A DNA stretch of 64,000 nucleotides from Pseudomonadota bacterium. GTDB taxonomy: Bacteria; Pseudomonadota; Gammaproteobacteria; Acidiferrobacterales; UBA6901. This document shows positions 27,541-37,174 of the stretch, piece by piece. Under the pieces are notes generated by a model. The model made no database searches and was not told the origin of the DNA. It worked only from the letters and a program-made list of their open reading frames with translations. The stretch lies in the NCBI GenBank assembly GCA_021785515.1, contig JAJYEX010000006.1:32887-96886 (forward strand), written 5' to 3'. How positions within the stretch are numbered: position 1 is the stretch's first letter; the number at the start of each line of letters is the position of its first letter. Position numbers and translations under genes: made by a program.

Positions 27541-28680
27541 TCATGCCGACTTCCGGCCCGGCATCAGCCTCATGTCGACGAACGCCCGGTAGACCGCGTG
27601 CCGCCATCCTTGCTCGTCCAGCAGGTAGTATTGGATCTTCTGCGTGAGGGCGCTACCGGTAATAATGGAAACGAGCGTGATCAGGGAACCCAGCGCCAGC
27701 GTGGACATCCCCGTCACCCCTTGCCCGATCGTGCACCCCAGTCCAAGCACACCGCCGAAACCCATCAAGGAACCACCCACCAGATGCCGGATCATGTCGG
27801 ACCGGGTTGAAAACGTCTCAATCCGGAATCGTCCGGACAGCACCCCGTACACAAACGAGCCAAAGGCGACGCCCAGCATGGCCGCGATCCCGAATGTGAT
27901 GGACGAACCCGTGTAGGTCATCACGAAATCGAGCAGGTGAGCCATCGGTGCGATAAAGGTGAATGACGCAAGCGGCACCGGATTGAAGGGGTCCTTGCCG
28001 TAGACACCGGTGACATACCAGGCCAGCGCCACACAGACCCCAATGGCAACCCCAGCCAGCATGTTATCGAAGCTGCGCCGGAAATCACGATCCTTGAACG
28101 CGTACACCACGAGTCCAAGACCGAAAATGGCGGCGAAGATCTCCTGCACCAGGCGCGCATTCTTGACTCCGGAGAGCGCTACGAAGAATGACGGTATGCT
28201 CTGATCAGTCATGTGGTGTAGCACCAAATCGACATTTGTCTTTTGCACATAGTCTACGCGGAACGGTGCGAGCAATCCGCCGAGAGTCATTGCAGCCGTG
28301 ATGGCCAGAGTGATGGCCACAACCAGCGATTTCAGGTTCCCGTTGCCAACCCGCACGAGAGTCCGGTAACCGCAACCGCTGCCAAGCGTCATGCCAACCC
28401 CGAAACAGAGTCCACCGAACAAACTGCCAAGCCATCCGAAACTGGTGCTGAGGTAGATTGATTTGTCGAGGTTTATAAAACCGTGCAGATCCATGAACTG
28501 CGCGGCGATAGTGGCGAGCCCGATTCCGAGAAACCAGGCCCGGAGGCGGCCCTTGTCGCCCATGTTTACCCAATCCGACACCGCGCCCATCGTGCAAAAA
28601 TTGGTCTTGTTTGCGACCGCACCGAATACCGCGGCAATTCCGAACGCAGCAAGCGCGACTCGATGTAAATTGTCCATCAA
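27541..28680 (-). CDS. YeeE/YedE family sulfur-compound transporter
   Basis: 379 aa, polytopic. Duplicated YeeE/YedE signature with conserved Cys in TNFCTMGAVSDW and a second half GLGCTIGQG. Confidence 0.85.
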   Translation of the reverse strand: MMDNLHRVALAAFGIAAVFGAVANKTNFCTMGAVSDWVNMGDKGRLRAWFLGIGLATIAAQFMDLHGFINLDKSIYLSTSFGWLGSLFGGLCFGVGMTLGSGCGYRTLVRVGNGNLKSLVVAITLAITAAMTLGGLLAPFRVDYVQKTNVDLVLHHMTDQSIPSFFVALSGVKNARLVQEIFAAIFGLGLVVYAFKDRDFRRSFDNMLAGVAIGVCVALAWYVTGVYGKDPFNPVPLASFTFIAPMAHLLDFVMTYTGSSITFGIAAMLGVAFGSFVYGVLSGRFRIETFSTRSDMIRHLVGGSLMGFGGVLGLGCTIGQGVTGMSTLALGSLITLVSIITGSALTQKIQYYLLDEQGWRHAVYRAFVDMRLMPGRKSA

Positions 28681-29496
28681 AACCTCCGTCGTGGCACTTC
28701 AGTACACAATTCAGTGAATCGTCCCTGGCGACGCACTCAACACGCTACCCGCAACCGTATCGTGCGGCAATTCCGCCAGAGGCACATTCCGTAAAATTCG
28801 CGGTTCCTACCGCCTCTACAGTCAAGAATATCCGGTAAAACACCGCGCTGCCATGGTCTACCGGACAAACCCCAATCGGTCTGTCGGGGTTGTAGAACCC
28901 CCTGCCCGCTAAACGGCAATTTACTCTTATCTACTGGCGACTCCCGGTTCACATCCGGCCACGACGCCACGATTTCGAGACGTCTGACCTTTTGCGCTCC
29001 GCAACTGCCGCGTCAATATGAAGCTCTGTAAGGCGCCCGCATCGGGCACGTCCGCCTGGCGGATGTCGATGACATGACGCGCACTCCCGTCACCGCCTGA
29101 GTTAAAGAACCCTCAAGGGTCCTTCGCCGACGTGCCCCGCGCAAAACTTACGCTCGACCGCCTGTTTATAGGTTTTCCCGGTATAGACGATCCCGGTGCG
29201 ATTCCATACCGGACCGCTCGGCAGGTTACCGGGCTTGATCCACCTGCACTTCTCCACGATGTCCGAATGCGCTTCGTGGTGCAAGGGTAGAACATGCACC
29301 TATCATTAAACAGCACCGCCCACGCAGCTTCAGACTGCCCGTCAGGCCAGGCACTTTGAATACCGAACAAACGCCCGTAACCTTTGCGTAAAGACGTGAC
29401 AATACGCCGTGTTATTCCATGGCGACACGTTCCACGGGCTGGATGAAATTGCCCCTCGTCTAGCGTCAATGCGGCGTGGTTGCGACAAGTCCATCG

Positions 29497-30099
29497 TCAG
29501 TTTGCGTCGCCTTCTGGAGCGCCGGACGCGTCCAGGGTCGCGCAATAGCTCTGAAATGCCGCGCGCTTGTCAATCGTGCCGAACTGCATTCCAAACGCCA
29601 GGTGTGAACCGACATAGGCGTCAACAGCGCTGAACCGGTCCCCTAGCAGATACGGAGCCGCCTGCATTACGGCATGCTCGATCGCGTCCACCACCTCGGG
29701 ATAGCTGCCGTATCCCATCATACGTTCACGCCCGGCCGGTACAACAAAACCGAGCGCCCGGTTGCTGACCGCAGCCTCTAGGGGTCCTGCGGCGAAGAAC
29801 ATCCAACGATAATAGGGCCCGCGCAGTGGCGATGTCGGGGAAGGGGCAAGCCCTGCAGCGGGAAACGCATCGGCGAGGTAGGCGCAGATCGCCGCTGTTT
29901 CGGTAACAATGACGCCGCCGTGCCGTATCGCCTGGACCTTACCCATGGGATTGATTGCACGATATTCCGGCGCCTTCATGCTGGCACCCTACTCAAGCAG
30001 TACGGTTTCATATGGCACGCCCAGCTCTTCAAGCATCCAGCGCACGATCCGTCCGCGCGATTGTGGGTGGGTATAGGAAACTATGGGGGCTTCGATCAC
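29497..30099 (-). pseudogene. Glutathione S-transferase gene interrupted by an in-frame TAG
   Basis: GTG at 30099 preceded by AGGAG. The N-terminal 35 codons read VIEAPIVSYTHPQSRGRIVRWMLEELGVPYETVLLE, then TAG (29989-29991). The same frame continues GASMKAPEYRAINPMGKVQAIRHGGVIVTETAAICAYLAD to the stop at 29497. The combined 201 codons match normal GST length and N-domain motifs. Confidence 0.7.
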
Positions 30100-30525
30100 A
30101 ACGCATCTCCTGATTAGGTCGCGTCATTTGGTGTTGCCTCTGCCGCATGTGGTTGCGACAGGACTGTAAAGTTTCCTGCAGCACCGGAAATAGCGCCCCA
30201 GCCGTGCTAACTGGGGCCAGCGCTGTATCGTATCGATCGTACCCGGCGAAGTCACTGGCCTTGAGCACGCAAAACAGCCACTGATTCCGGAAGCGGTCAC
30301 ATTTTCATGGCCGCAAAGCGATCAGCAGCGCTACAAGTCTCTGGCTTCCAGCGACCGCAGACCGCGGGCGAAACAATCGCAGCAGTCGCCTGCACAAAAA
30401 ACCTGCAAGACTTCGCCCGATAGCATTGGGAACAGAAATTTGTGACAGGAACTGGAAGCCCAAGCCCGCCAAGCGGCAGCCTTGTGCTTCCAGTGACATG
30501 ACAATCTGTAACTTATTGAATTTAT

Positions 30526-30601
<76 letters not shown>

Positions 30602-31057
30602 GACAAGAGGTCGGCGCATTATAGTGAACTCCCGTGGGATTGTAAAAATGCCGGCAACAGGGCAATCAGCCTCTGATTCATGCGGTGCGATGGAACGCCT
30701 GGACAACAACGCTTCTCAATTTCCGGGTACGGTTTTCCGTCCGAAAATCGGGCGAGACCTAGCGACATCCGACTCCCTTGCGCTGCTCCTGCATAACCGA
30801 ATTGGGCGGGATCATTGCGATGTTCGTTAGACATGTATCGTCACACGAGGGTACGCCCCGGGCAGTCGCACCAAAGCAGGATGCACCTGCGAAAATCGGT
30901 TCCCGCGCAGTTTGTCGGGACAAATTTTTTCAGGATAGCCAGCTCCACCCGTACCAGTATAAAATTGCCAGCGTTTCGAGAAGCGGATATCGCCCTCCCG
31001 TCTTTTGCTCGCGTTTTGCTTTTCGGTGTCCTGTTCCAGCCTTTCATCTGGTGAGCA

Positions 31058-32446
31058 ATGAAGGTCGTCCTGATCAATCCTTACGAACTTGGTCGTCAAC
31101 CATTCGGGTTGGCCCATCCCACGGCGTGGCTGACGCGTGAAGGCTGCCGCGTTTACTGCCTGGATCTGTCTCTTCAGAAACTTGACCCTGAAGTCATTGC
31201 CGATGCGGACCTGGTTGCCATCTACGTTGGCATGCACACCGCTACCCGCATCGCGGTGGATGCCATCCCCCGTATTCGCGCGATTGCGCCCGGGACCTGT
31301 CTGTGCGTATACGGCCTTTACGCCCCGATGAATGGAGACTACCTGCGCACACTGGGGGTGGAGGTTATTTTAGGCGGAGAGTTTGAGCCTGCGCTCAAGT
31401 CTCTGGTGCAGCGGATCCGTTCCGGGAACAGGCAGGCGCAAGTAGAACCGGTTGTCAGTCTCTCAAAAATTGAGTTTTGTACACCTGATCGCAGCGGACT
31501 GCCGGCGCTTGACCGTTACGCGCATCTCCGGATTCCGGGCGCGGCCAACCGTGTGGTTGGGTTTGTCGAGGCGAGTCGCGGATGCAAACATCTGTGCCGG
31601 CACTGTCCTGTGGTTCCGGTGTACGAGGGGCGGTTCCGTGTCCTGCCGGTAGACGTCGTGATGGCGGACATCCGCCAGCAGGTGGCCGCCGGTGCCCGGC
31701 ATTTATCGTTCGGAGATCCCGATTTTCTGAATGGGCCCACGCATGCCGCCAAAATCGTGCAGGCGCTGCATGCTGAATTTCCGCAGCTCAGCTACGACGT
31801 GACGATCAAGATCCAGCATCTGATTGAACGCGCCGATCTGTTACCGGTACTCAGGAAAACGGGCTGTCTATTCATCACCAGCGCCGTTGAATCGGTCGAT
31901 GACCGGATTCTCGAACTGCTCGCCAAGAACCACACCAGCCTGGATTTCGACACTGCAGTTGCGCTGGTGCGCGCGGCCGGTATCGCACTTGCCCCGACCT
32001 TTGTTCCTTTTACACCATGGACCACTCTTTCCGGATACCTTGACCTGCTGCGACGCCTCGTCGCCCTGCGGCTGGTCGGAAGTGTGCCCCCGATACAGCT
32101 TGCAATCCGGCTGCTGATTCCTGAGGGTTCCCATCTTTTGAACTTGCCGGGATTCCGGGAGCTGATTGCGTCATTCGATGCGCGCACCCTGGGCTATCCC
32201 TGGCAGAATCCGGACGGGCGCGTTGACGCACTGCAGCGGGCAGTGCAGGACCTGGTTAGCAAGGGCGAGCAACTCGGGATGACGAGAGGGGAGCTCTTTG
32301 CAAGTATTTGGCAGACGGCACACGAAGCCGCCGACCTGGTTCCACCGGTACTGCCTGCGGATGTGACTGGCGGGGAGATACCGCACATGTCCGAACCGTG
32401 GTACTGCTGCGCTGAACCCACGGAACAGCAGTTGCAAAGCTTCTGA
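31058..32446 (+). CDS. B12-binding-domain radical SAM protein with a C-terminal CCAEP tail
   Basis: 462 aa. N-terminal Rossmann-like B12-type domain (MKVVLINPYELGRQPFGLAHP...). Radical SAM cluster motif CKHLCRHC (CxxxCxxC). C-terminus ...MSEPWYCCAEPTEQQLQSF, with CCAEP at 32405-32419. Confidence 0.85.
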   Translation: MKVVLINPYELGRQPFGLAHPTAWLTREGCRVYCLDLSLQKLDPEVIADADLVAIYVGMHTATRIAVDAIPRIRAIAPGTCLCVYGLYAPMNGDYLRTLGVEVILGGEFEPALKSLVQRIRSGNRQAQVEPVVSLSKIEFCTPDRSGLPALDRYAHLRIPGAANRVVGFVEASRGCKHLCRHCPVVPVYEGRFRVLPVDVVMADIRQQVAAGARHLSFGDPDFLNGPTHAAKIVQALHAEFPQLSYDVTIKIQHLIERADLLPVLRKTGCLFITSAVESVDDRILELLAKNHTSLDFDTAVALVRAAGIALAPTFVPFTPWTTLSGYLDLLRRLVALRLVGSVPPIQLAIRLLIPEGSHLLNLPGFRELIASFDARTLGYPWQNPDGRVDALQRAVQDLVSKGEQLGMTRGELFASIWQTAHEAADLVPPVLPADVTGGEIPHMSEPWYCCAEPTEQQLQSF

Positions 32447-32640
32447 GCGCGGTTGGTTCTCTGCAGGACCATACCGGAACCACGCATCCGTGCGTACCGG
32501 CACTTCGGACCCGGGCACCGTTGTGCAGGCCGCAGCAGCAGGCAACCGCTGATTGCCGATGCAGACTCGCTAGAAATACAGGGTAACTGACGGCGGTTTC
32601 CGTGTTCTCTGTGCGACTGCAATCTAGTACATTAGTTGCT

Positions 32641-33390
32641 ATGGGATTACCTGAACTCATTGCCCATCGCGGCTATGCCCTGCACTATCCTGACAACACG
32701 CTCGTTGGCATTGAAGCCGCAATTGCTGTTGGAGCGCGTTTTATCGAGGTCGACGTTCAACTTACCGCTGACCGGGAACCGGTGCTGGTTCACGACCGAA
32801 ATTTAGAACCCCTCTGTGGAATTTCCGGACAGGTACACGAGTTTTCTTTGATCCGCCTGCAGCGCCTCCGTGCCGCGGAATTCGGACGGTTCGGCTACCG
32901 CTACGCGCAGGTCCGGATTCCGACGCTGGCAGAACTGGTGGCGCTGCTGTGCGACAAGCCACAGATCGGGGTGTTTGTCGAGATAAAACGCATCGCCATA
33001 GAACACTTTGGCGTAGAACCGGTTCTGGCCCGCGTGCTGCCGATGATCGAGGCACTGAGGGGTCACTGTGTACTGATTTCGTTTTCACTGGAGACGCTTC
33101 TTGCCGCACGCGCTCACGGCTGGCAGCCGGTTGGCGCAGTTTTGGACCGGTGGGATGAGCGAAAAGGCGATTTGGTGCGGCAGATTCGGCCCGAGTATTT
33201 TTTCTGCGACGCCACCGGCCTTCCACGACACGGAATGTTACACGCGTCGCCGGCGAGGCTCGCCGTCTACGAAGTTGCGGATCCAGACGAGGCGGTGGAC
33301 CTAGGCAGACGCGGTGTCGATATGGTCGAGACGTTTGCGATCGGCGAGATGCTCTCCGCATTCGAGTTGCTGCGCGAGCGGACACAATGA
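32641..33390 (+). CDS. Glycerophosphodiester phosphodiesterase family protein
   Basis: Starts at the internal ATG. LIAHRGYALHYPDNTLVGIEAAIAVGARFIEVDVQLTADREPVLVHD is the GDPD signature. Confidence 0.85.
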   Translation: MGLPELIAHRGYALHYPDNTLVGIEAAIAVGARFIEVDVQLTADREPVLVHDRNLEPLCGISGQVHEFSLIRLQRLRAAEFGRFGYRYAQVRIPTLAELVALLCDKPQIGVFVEIKRIAIEHFGVEPVLARVLPMIEALRGHCVLISFSLETLLAARAHGWQPVGAVLDRWDERKGDLVRQIRPEYFFCDATGLPRHGMLHASPARLAVYEVADPDEAVDLGRRGVDMVETFAIGEMLSAFELLRERTQ

Positions 33391-34556
33391 CAGCGAACAC
33401 CTATGACATCGCGGTTGTCGGAGGTGGCATCCACGGAACCGGGGTGGCACAAGCGGCTTCAGCCGCTGGCTACCGCGTGCTTTTGATTGAACAGACGGCG
33501 CTGGCAAGCGGTACCTCCGGACGATCGAGCAAACTGGTACACGGCGGTCTTCGTTATCTTGAAAGCGGCCAGTTGCGGCTGGTGTACGAATCACTGCACG
33601 AGCGTTCCAGACTGCTCGCGCTGGCTCCGGATCTGGTACGGCTTACCCCTTTCTATATCCCGATATACCGCGACACTGCCCGCCGGCCCTGGACGGTCGG
33701 CCTCGGCTTGTCCCTGTACGCAATGCTCGGAGGCTTTACGCGTGGCACCCGGTTCACAATGGTTTCCAGACGCGTATGGGGAGATCTGGACGGGCTGCGC
33801 ACTGACGGTCTTCAGGCCGTTTGGCGCTATCAAGACGCCCAAACTGACGATGTTGCGCTTACGCGCGCCGTAGCGCGTTCTGCGATCCAGCTTGGCGCAG
33901 AACTGGCGTGTCCCGCCGAATTCCTGTCGGCCCGGCCGACAGATGATGGCTATCGGCTCATCATTCGGAACGCGGGCGCCGACAAGGAAATTTTCTGCCG
34001 GGTCATCGTGAACGCCGCCGGCCCCTGGGTTGACAGCGTTGCACAGCGAGTACACCCGGCGGTACCTCGTCTGGCCATGGAGCTGGTTCAGGGAACACAC
34101 GCGATTTTTCCAGGTCAGCTGACCCGCGGTGTGTACTACGTCGAGGCGCCTCAGGACCGGCGCGCCGTATTTGTCATGCCCTGGCATGAGGGCACTCTTG
34201 TCGGCACCACGGAAACGTCCTATACCGGCGATCCCGCACAGGTCCGGCCACTGCCTGAGGAGTTCACGTACCTGCAGGAAACGGTGCGATATTACTTCCC
34301 TCGACGGAGCCTGGACATAATCGACGGGTTCTCGGGGCTGCGCGTCCTTCCGCGCGGCGATACGCGCCTGTTCCGCAGGCCACGCGGGACTCTTTTTCTA
34401 CAAGAACCCGGGGCTGGCCGTTATGTAGCCATTTACGGGGGGAAGCTCACGGGGTACCGTTCAGCGGGCGCACAGGTCATGAAGCTCTTGCGAAGCGTAC
34501 TGCCGCCGGCAATGGTTATTGCAGATCCCGCAAACATCCCGCTGCAACCGGACTGA
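33387..34556 (+). CDS. FAD-dependent oxidoreductase, glycerol-3-phosphate dehydrogenase/oxidase-like
   Basis: The start overlaps the GDPD stop (ATGA). Dinucleotide fold DIAVVGGGIHGTGVA and the GlpD-like motif SSKLVHGGLRYLE. At 389 aa it is shorter than classical GlpD. Confidence 0.8.
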   Translation: MTANTYDIAVVGGGIHGTGVAQAASAAGYRVLLIEQTALASGTSGRSSKLVHGGLRYLESGQLRLVYESLHERSRLLALAPDLVRLTPFYIPIYRDTARRPWTVGLGLSLYAMLGGFTRGTRFTMVSRRVWGDLDGLRTDGLQAVWRYQDAQTDDVALTRAVARSAIQLGAELACPAEFLSARPTDDGYRLIIRNAGADKEIFCRVIVNAAGPWVDSVAQRVHPAVPRLAMELVQGTHAIFPGQLTRGVYYVEAPQDRRAVFVMPWHEGTLVGTTETSYTGDPAQVRPLPEEFTYLQETVRYYFPRRSLDIIDGFSGLRVLPRGDTRLFRRPRGTLFLQEPGAGRYVAIYGGKLTGYRSAGAQVMKLLRSVLPPAMVIADPANIPLQPD

Positions 34557-34760
34557 GTTCCTGCGACCGGTCATTGTCGCCGGATTCAGGAATCACCCTG
34601 ACGGCCCGGTCGGGGCACCGACACCACAACCTGCTCCGAAGCCGAACCCGGGACGGCCCGCTCGTTGCCGTCTGGATGGCTGGGGCGCCATTAACCCTTC
34701 TATGTATGTGTATTTAGTTGACTATATTCTGGGCGACATGCCCCGGGCTATATTTAAAGC

Positions 34761-37151
34761 ATGTTCCGGAAACAGTCGCGCACCATTATTGGGCTCGGCT
34801 TTGCCCTGGTCCTGGGCTTGCTGCTCGGGGTTGCAGCAATCGGGCTGCACGAAATGAAGACCATAAATCGTCGCCTGCGGGAGGTGATTCACGACAACAG
34901 CATCAAGACGGAGCTGATATTCACCATGCACTACGCCGCCCGGGAGCGCGCGCTGCTGCTTTTCTCCATGGCCATGACGCAGGACCCCTTTTCCCGGGAA
35001 AATCAGTTCACGCGCTTCAATCAGATGGCGACGACATTCGCCATCGCGCGCCGGCAGCTTCTGGCAACTGATCTGAACTCGGCAGAGAAAGTCATACTGG
35101 CACGCCAAACCAAACTCATCGAAACATCCGAATCGCTGCAACGTCGGGTTGCAAACCTCTTAGTCTCCGGCCACAACAATCGCGGCACAGACCTTTTGCT
35201 GTCCAGGACTGTCCCTGCGCAGAATGCGGTGCTGCGGCAGCTCCGGACCCTACTCGCCCTGCAGATTACCGTGGGACATCAACAAGTCGCACGCGTTGAG
35301 CACTCGTACCACAACGCTTATGTGTACATGATTCTGCTCGGGACGATTGCCGTCATTCTGTGCATCGTTGTGGCACTGTTCGTCATACGGCGGGTTACCC
35401 GGGTCGAGCGGGCGCTGTCCATGGAAAAGGAGCTTGCGGAAACCACGCTGCATTCCATTGCGGAGGCGGTCATTACGGTAGATGTGGCAGGAAACGTCGA
35501 TTACATAAATCCGGTAGCCGAGCAGATGAGCGGGTGGCAGGCACCCGCGGCCCGCGGGAGACCATTGGGCGAAGTACTGCATACCCTGGACGAGAAAACC
35601 CGCATACCGACAAGACTTACGGTCCGCACCAAAGCGCCAGAGGGGCCGGTTGTCGACATAGCACGCCACAGCATCCTTCAAAACCAAAACGGCAGCGAGT
35701 TCATAATTGAAACGGTGGTTTCGGCCATTCGCGACAGCACCGGCCGGGCAATAGGCTCTCTGCTGGTATTCCGCGACATAACCCAGGCACACCAACTCGC
35801 ACAGCAGCTGCAATGGCAGGCCGCACACGATCCACTAACCGGCCTGTTGAACCGGCGCGAGTTCGAGCGTGAGCTGGAACAGATGCTTCATAGTGCCAGA
35901 ACACTCAGAAAACCACATGGTCTGCTGTATATAGACATGGACCAGTTCAAGGTTGTGAATGATACCTGCGGGCACGTTGCTGGCGATGAACTGCTGCGGC
36001 AGCTTGCCACCATACTGGCACAACGGCTACGTGGGACCGATGTTCTAGCCCGCCTGGGCGGAGACGAATTCGGCGTACTGCTGGAGGGTTGTCCGCCGGA
36101 CCAGGCAAAGCGCATTGCCAACAGTCTGCTCGATGCGGTGAAGGATTTCAGATTTGTCTGGATGGAGAAGGTATTTGAAGTCGGCCTCAGCATAGGCCTG
36201 GTGTTGATAGACCCGGAAAGCCGGGATGTGGCAAGTATTCTCAGCGCGGCTGACGAGGCCTGCTACACCGCCAAGGACAATGGACGCAACCGGGTGCATG
36301 TCTATCACGCGGACGATCACGACGTGGCGCGAAGGCGCGGTGAAATGCACTGGATCGCGCGCATCGGAAGCGCCATGGAGGAAAACAGATTCCGCCTGTA
36401 TTTCCAGAAGATAATGCCCATCGACACTGTGGGGGGCGATGTGTACTACGAAATCCTTCTGCGCATGCTTGATGAGACGGAACAGATCGTTCTGCCCACG
36501 GCCTTCATCCCCGCGGCGGAGCGCTATCGCATCATGCCGTCCATAGACCGCTGGGTTATACGCACACTGCTGGGCACCCATGGCGCGGTCCTGCGGAATT
36601 GTGCGACACCAGGCGTCACGGACACAAGACCGCTGTGCGCGGTCAATCTGTCAGGAACCAGCATCGGTGACGATGCGTTCCTGGATTTCGTGCGGGATCA
36701 GCTTTCCATACATGGTATACCCCCCCATACAATCTGTTTTGAGGTGACCGAAACCGCCGCCATAACCAACCTGAACAAGGCCTCGCATTTCATGCGAGAG
36801 TTGCGGGACATTGGATGCCGATTTGCCCTCGATGATTTCGGTAGCGGCATGTCTTCCTTCGCATATCTGAAGTATCTTCCGGTTGATTTTCTGAAGATCG
36901 ACGGATCATTTGTCTCCAACATGGCCATGGACGCCGTGGACTTCGCACTCGTAGATGCGATCAACCGTGTCGGTCACGTGCTGGGGATCAAGACAGTAGC
37001 GGAGTCGGCTGAAAACCAGGCAATTTTAGAAAAGTTGCGGAGCCTCGGCATCGACTACGTGCAGGGCAACGCGATCCACATCCCCGAGCTTCTGCAGGAG
37101 TTTCCGAGATCCCGCATCCCTGCACAACCCGCACCACCAAGAGCCGGCTGA
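34761..37151 (+). CDS. Membrane-anchored PAS-GGDEF-EAL protein (c-di-GMP turnover) with an N-terminal periplasmic helical sensor
   Basis: 796 aa. Two TM segments flank a helical sensor region. PAS (LHSIAEAVITVDVAGNVDYINPVAEQMSGW), GGDEF (RLGGDEFGVLL), and EAL domain motifs (YYEILLRM, CFEVTE, DDFGSGMSS, KIDGSFV). Confidence 0.9.
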   Translation: MFRKQSRTIIGLGFALVLGLLLGVAAIGLHEMKTINRRLREVIHDNSIKTELIFTMHYAARERALLLFSMAMTQDPFSRENQFTRFNQMATTFAIARRQLLATDLNSAEKVILARQTKLIETSESLQRRVANLLVSGHNNRGTDLLLSRTVPAQNAVLRQLRTLLALQITVGHQQVARVEHSYHNAYVYMILLGTIAVILCIVVALFVIRRVTRVERALSMEKELAETTLHSIAEAVITVDVAGNVDYINPVAEQMSGWQAPAARGRPLGEVLHTLDEKTRIPTRLTVRTKAPEGPVVDIARHSILQNQNGSEFIIETVVSAIRDSTGRAIGSLLVFRDITQAHQLAQQLQWQAAHDPLTGLLNRREFERELEQMLHSARTLRKPHGLLYIDMDQFKVVNDTCGHVAGDELLRQLATILAQRLRGTDVLARLGGDEFGVLLEGCPPDQAKRIANSLLDAVKDFRFVWMEKVFEVGLSIGLVLIDPESRDVASILSAADEACYTAKDNGRNRVHVYHADDHDVARRRGEMHWIARIGSAMEENRFRLYFQKIMPIDTVGGDVYYEILLRMLDETEQIVLPTAFIPAAERYRIMPSIDRWVIRTLLGTHGAVLRNCATPGVTDTRPLCAVNLSGTSIGDDAFLDFVRDQLSIHGIPPHTICFEVTETAAITNLNKASHFMRELRDIGCRFALDDFGSGMSSFAYLKYLPVDFLKIDGSFVSNMAMDAVDFALVDAINRVGHVLGIKTVAESAENQAILEKLRSLGIDYVQGNAIHIPELLQEFPRSRIPAQPAPPRAG

Positions 37152-37174
37152 CCGCGGTCAGCCGGACGGCACCA

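Noticed and set aside
28692-28707. A second TGGCAC hexamer (TGGCACttcagTACA), considered as a possible sigma-54 promoter near yeeE.
   Set aside because: It lacks the -12 TTGC/GC element at the correct spacing and points away from any gene.
28700-28990. Cobalamin-riboswitch-like fragment (CCCGCAACCGTA at about 28748 on the plus strand; GCCAGGGAC on the minus strand) in the long yeeE upstream region.
   Set aside because: The pieces lie on opposite strands. The rest of the B12 consensus (GGGAA..GGUG, GCCACUG, AGCCAGGAGACCUGCC) is absent, so this is probably a chance match. The roughly 300-nt leader remains unexplained.
30029-30268. 79-aa minus-strand ORF overlapping the 5' end of the GST locus.
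   Set aside because: It is in a different frame from the GST N-terminus, which has an RBS and canonical motifs. It shows no recognisable features.
28681-30525. Genomic island integrated at the tRNA-Phe 3' end.
   Set aside because: No integrase, no mobility genes and no direct repeat of the tRNA 3' end were found by eye. Only decayed fragments are present. It is reported as a low-confidence scar, not a mobile element.
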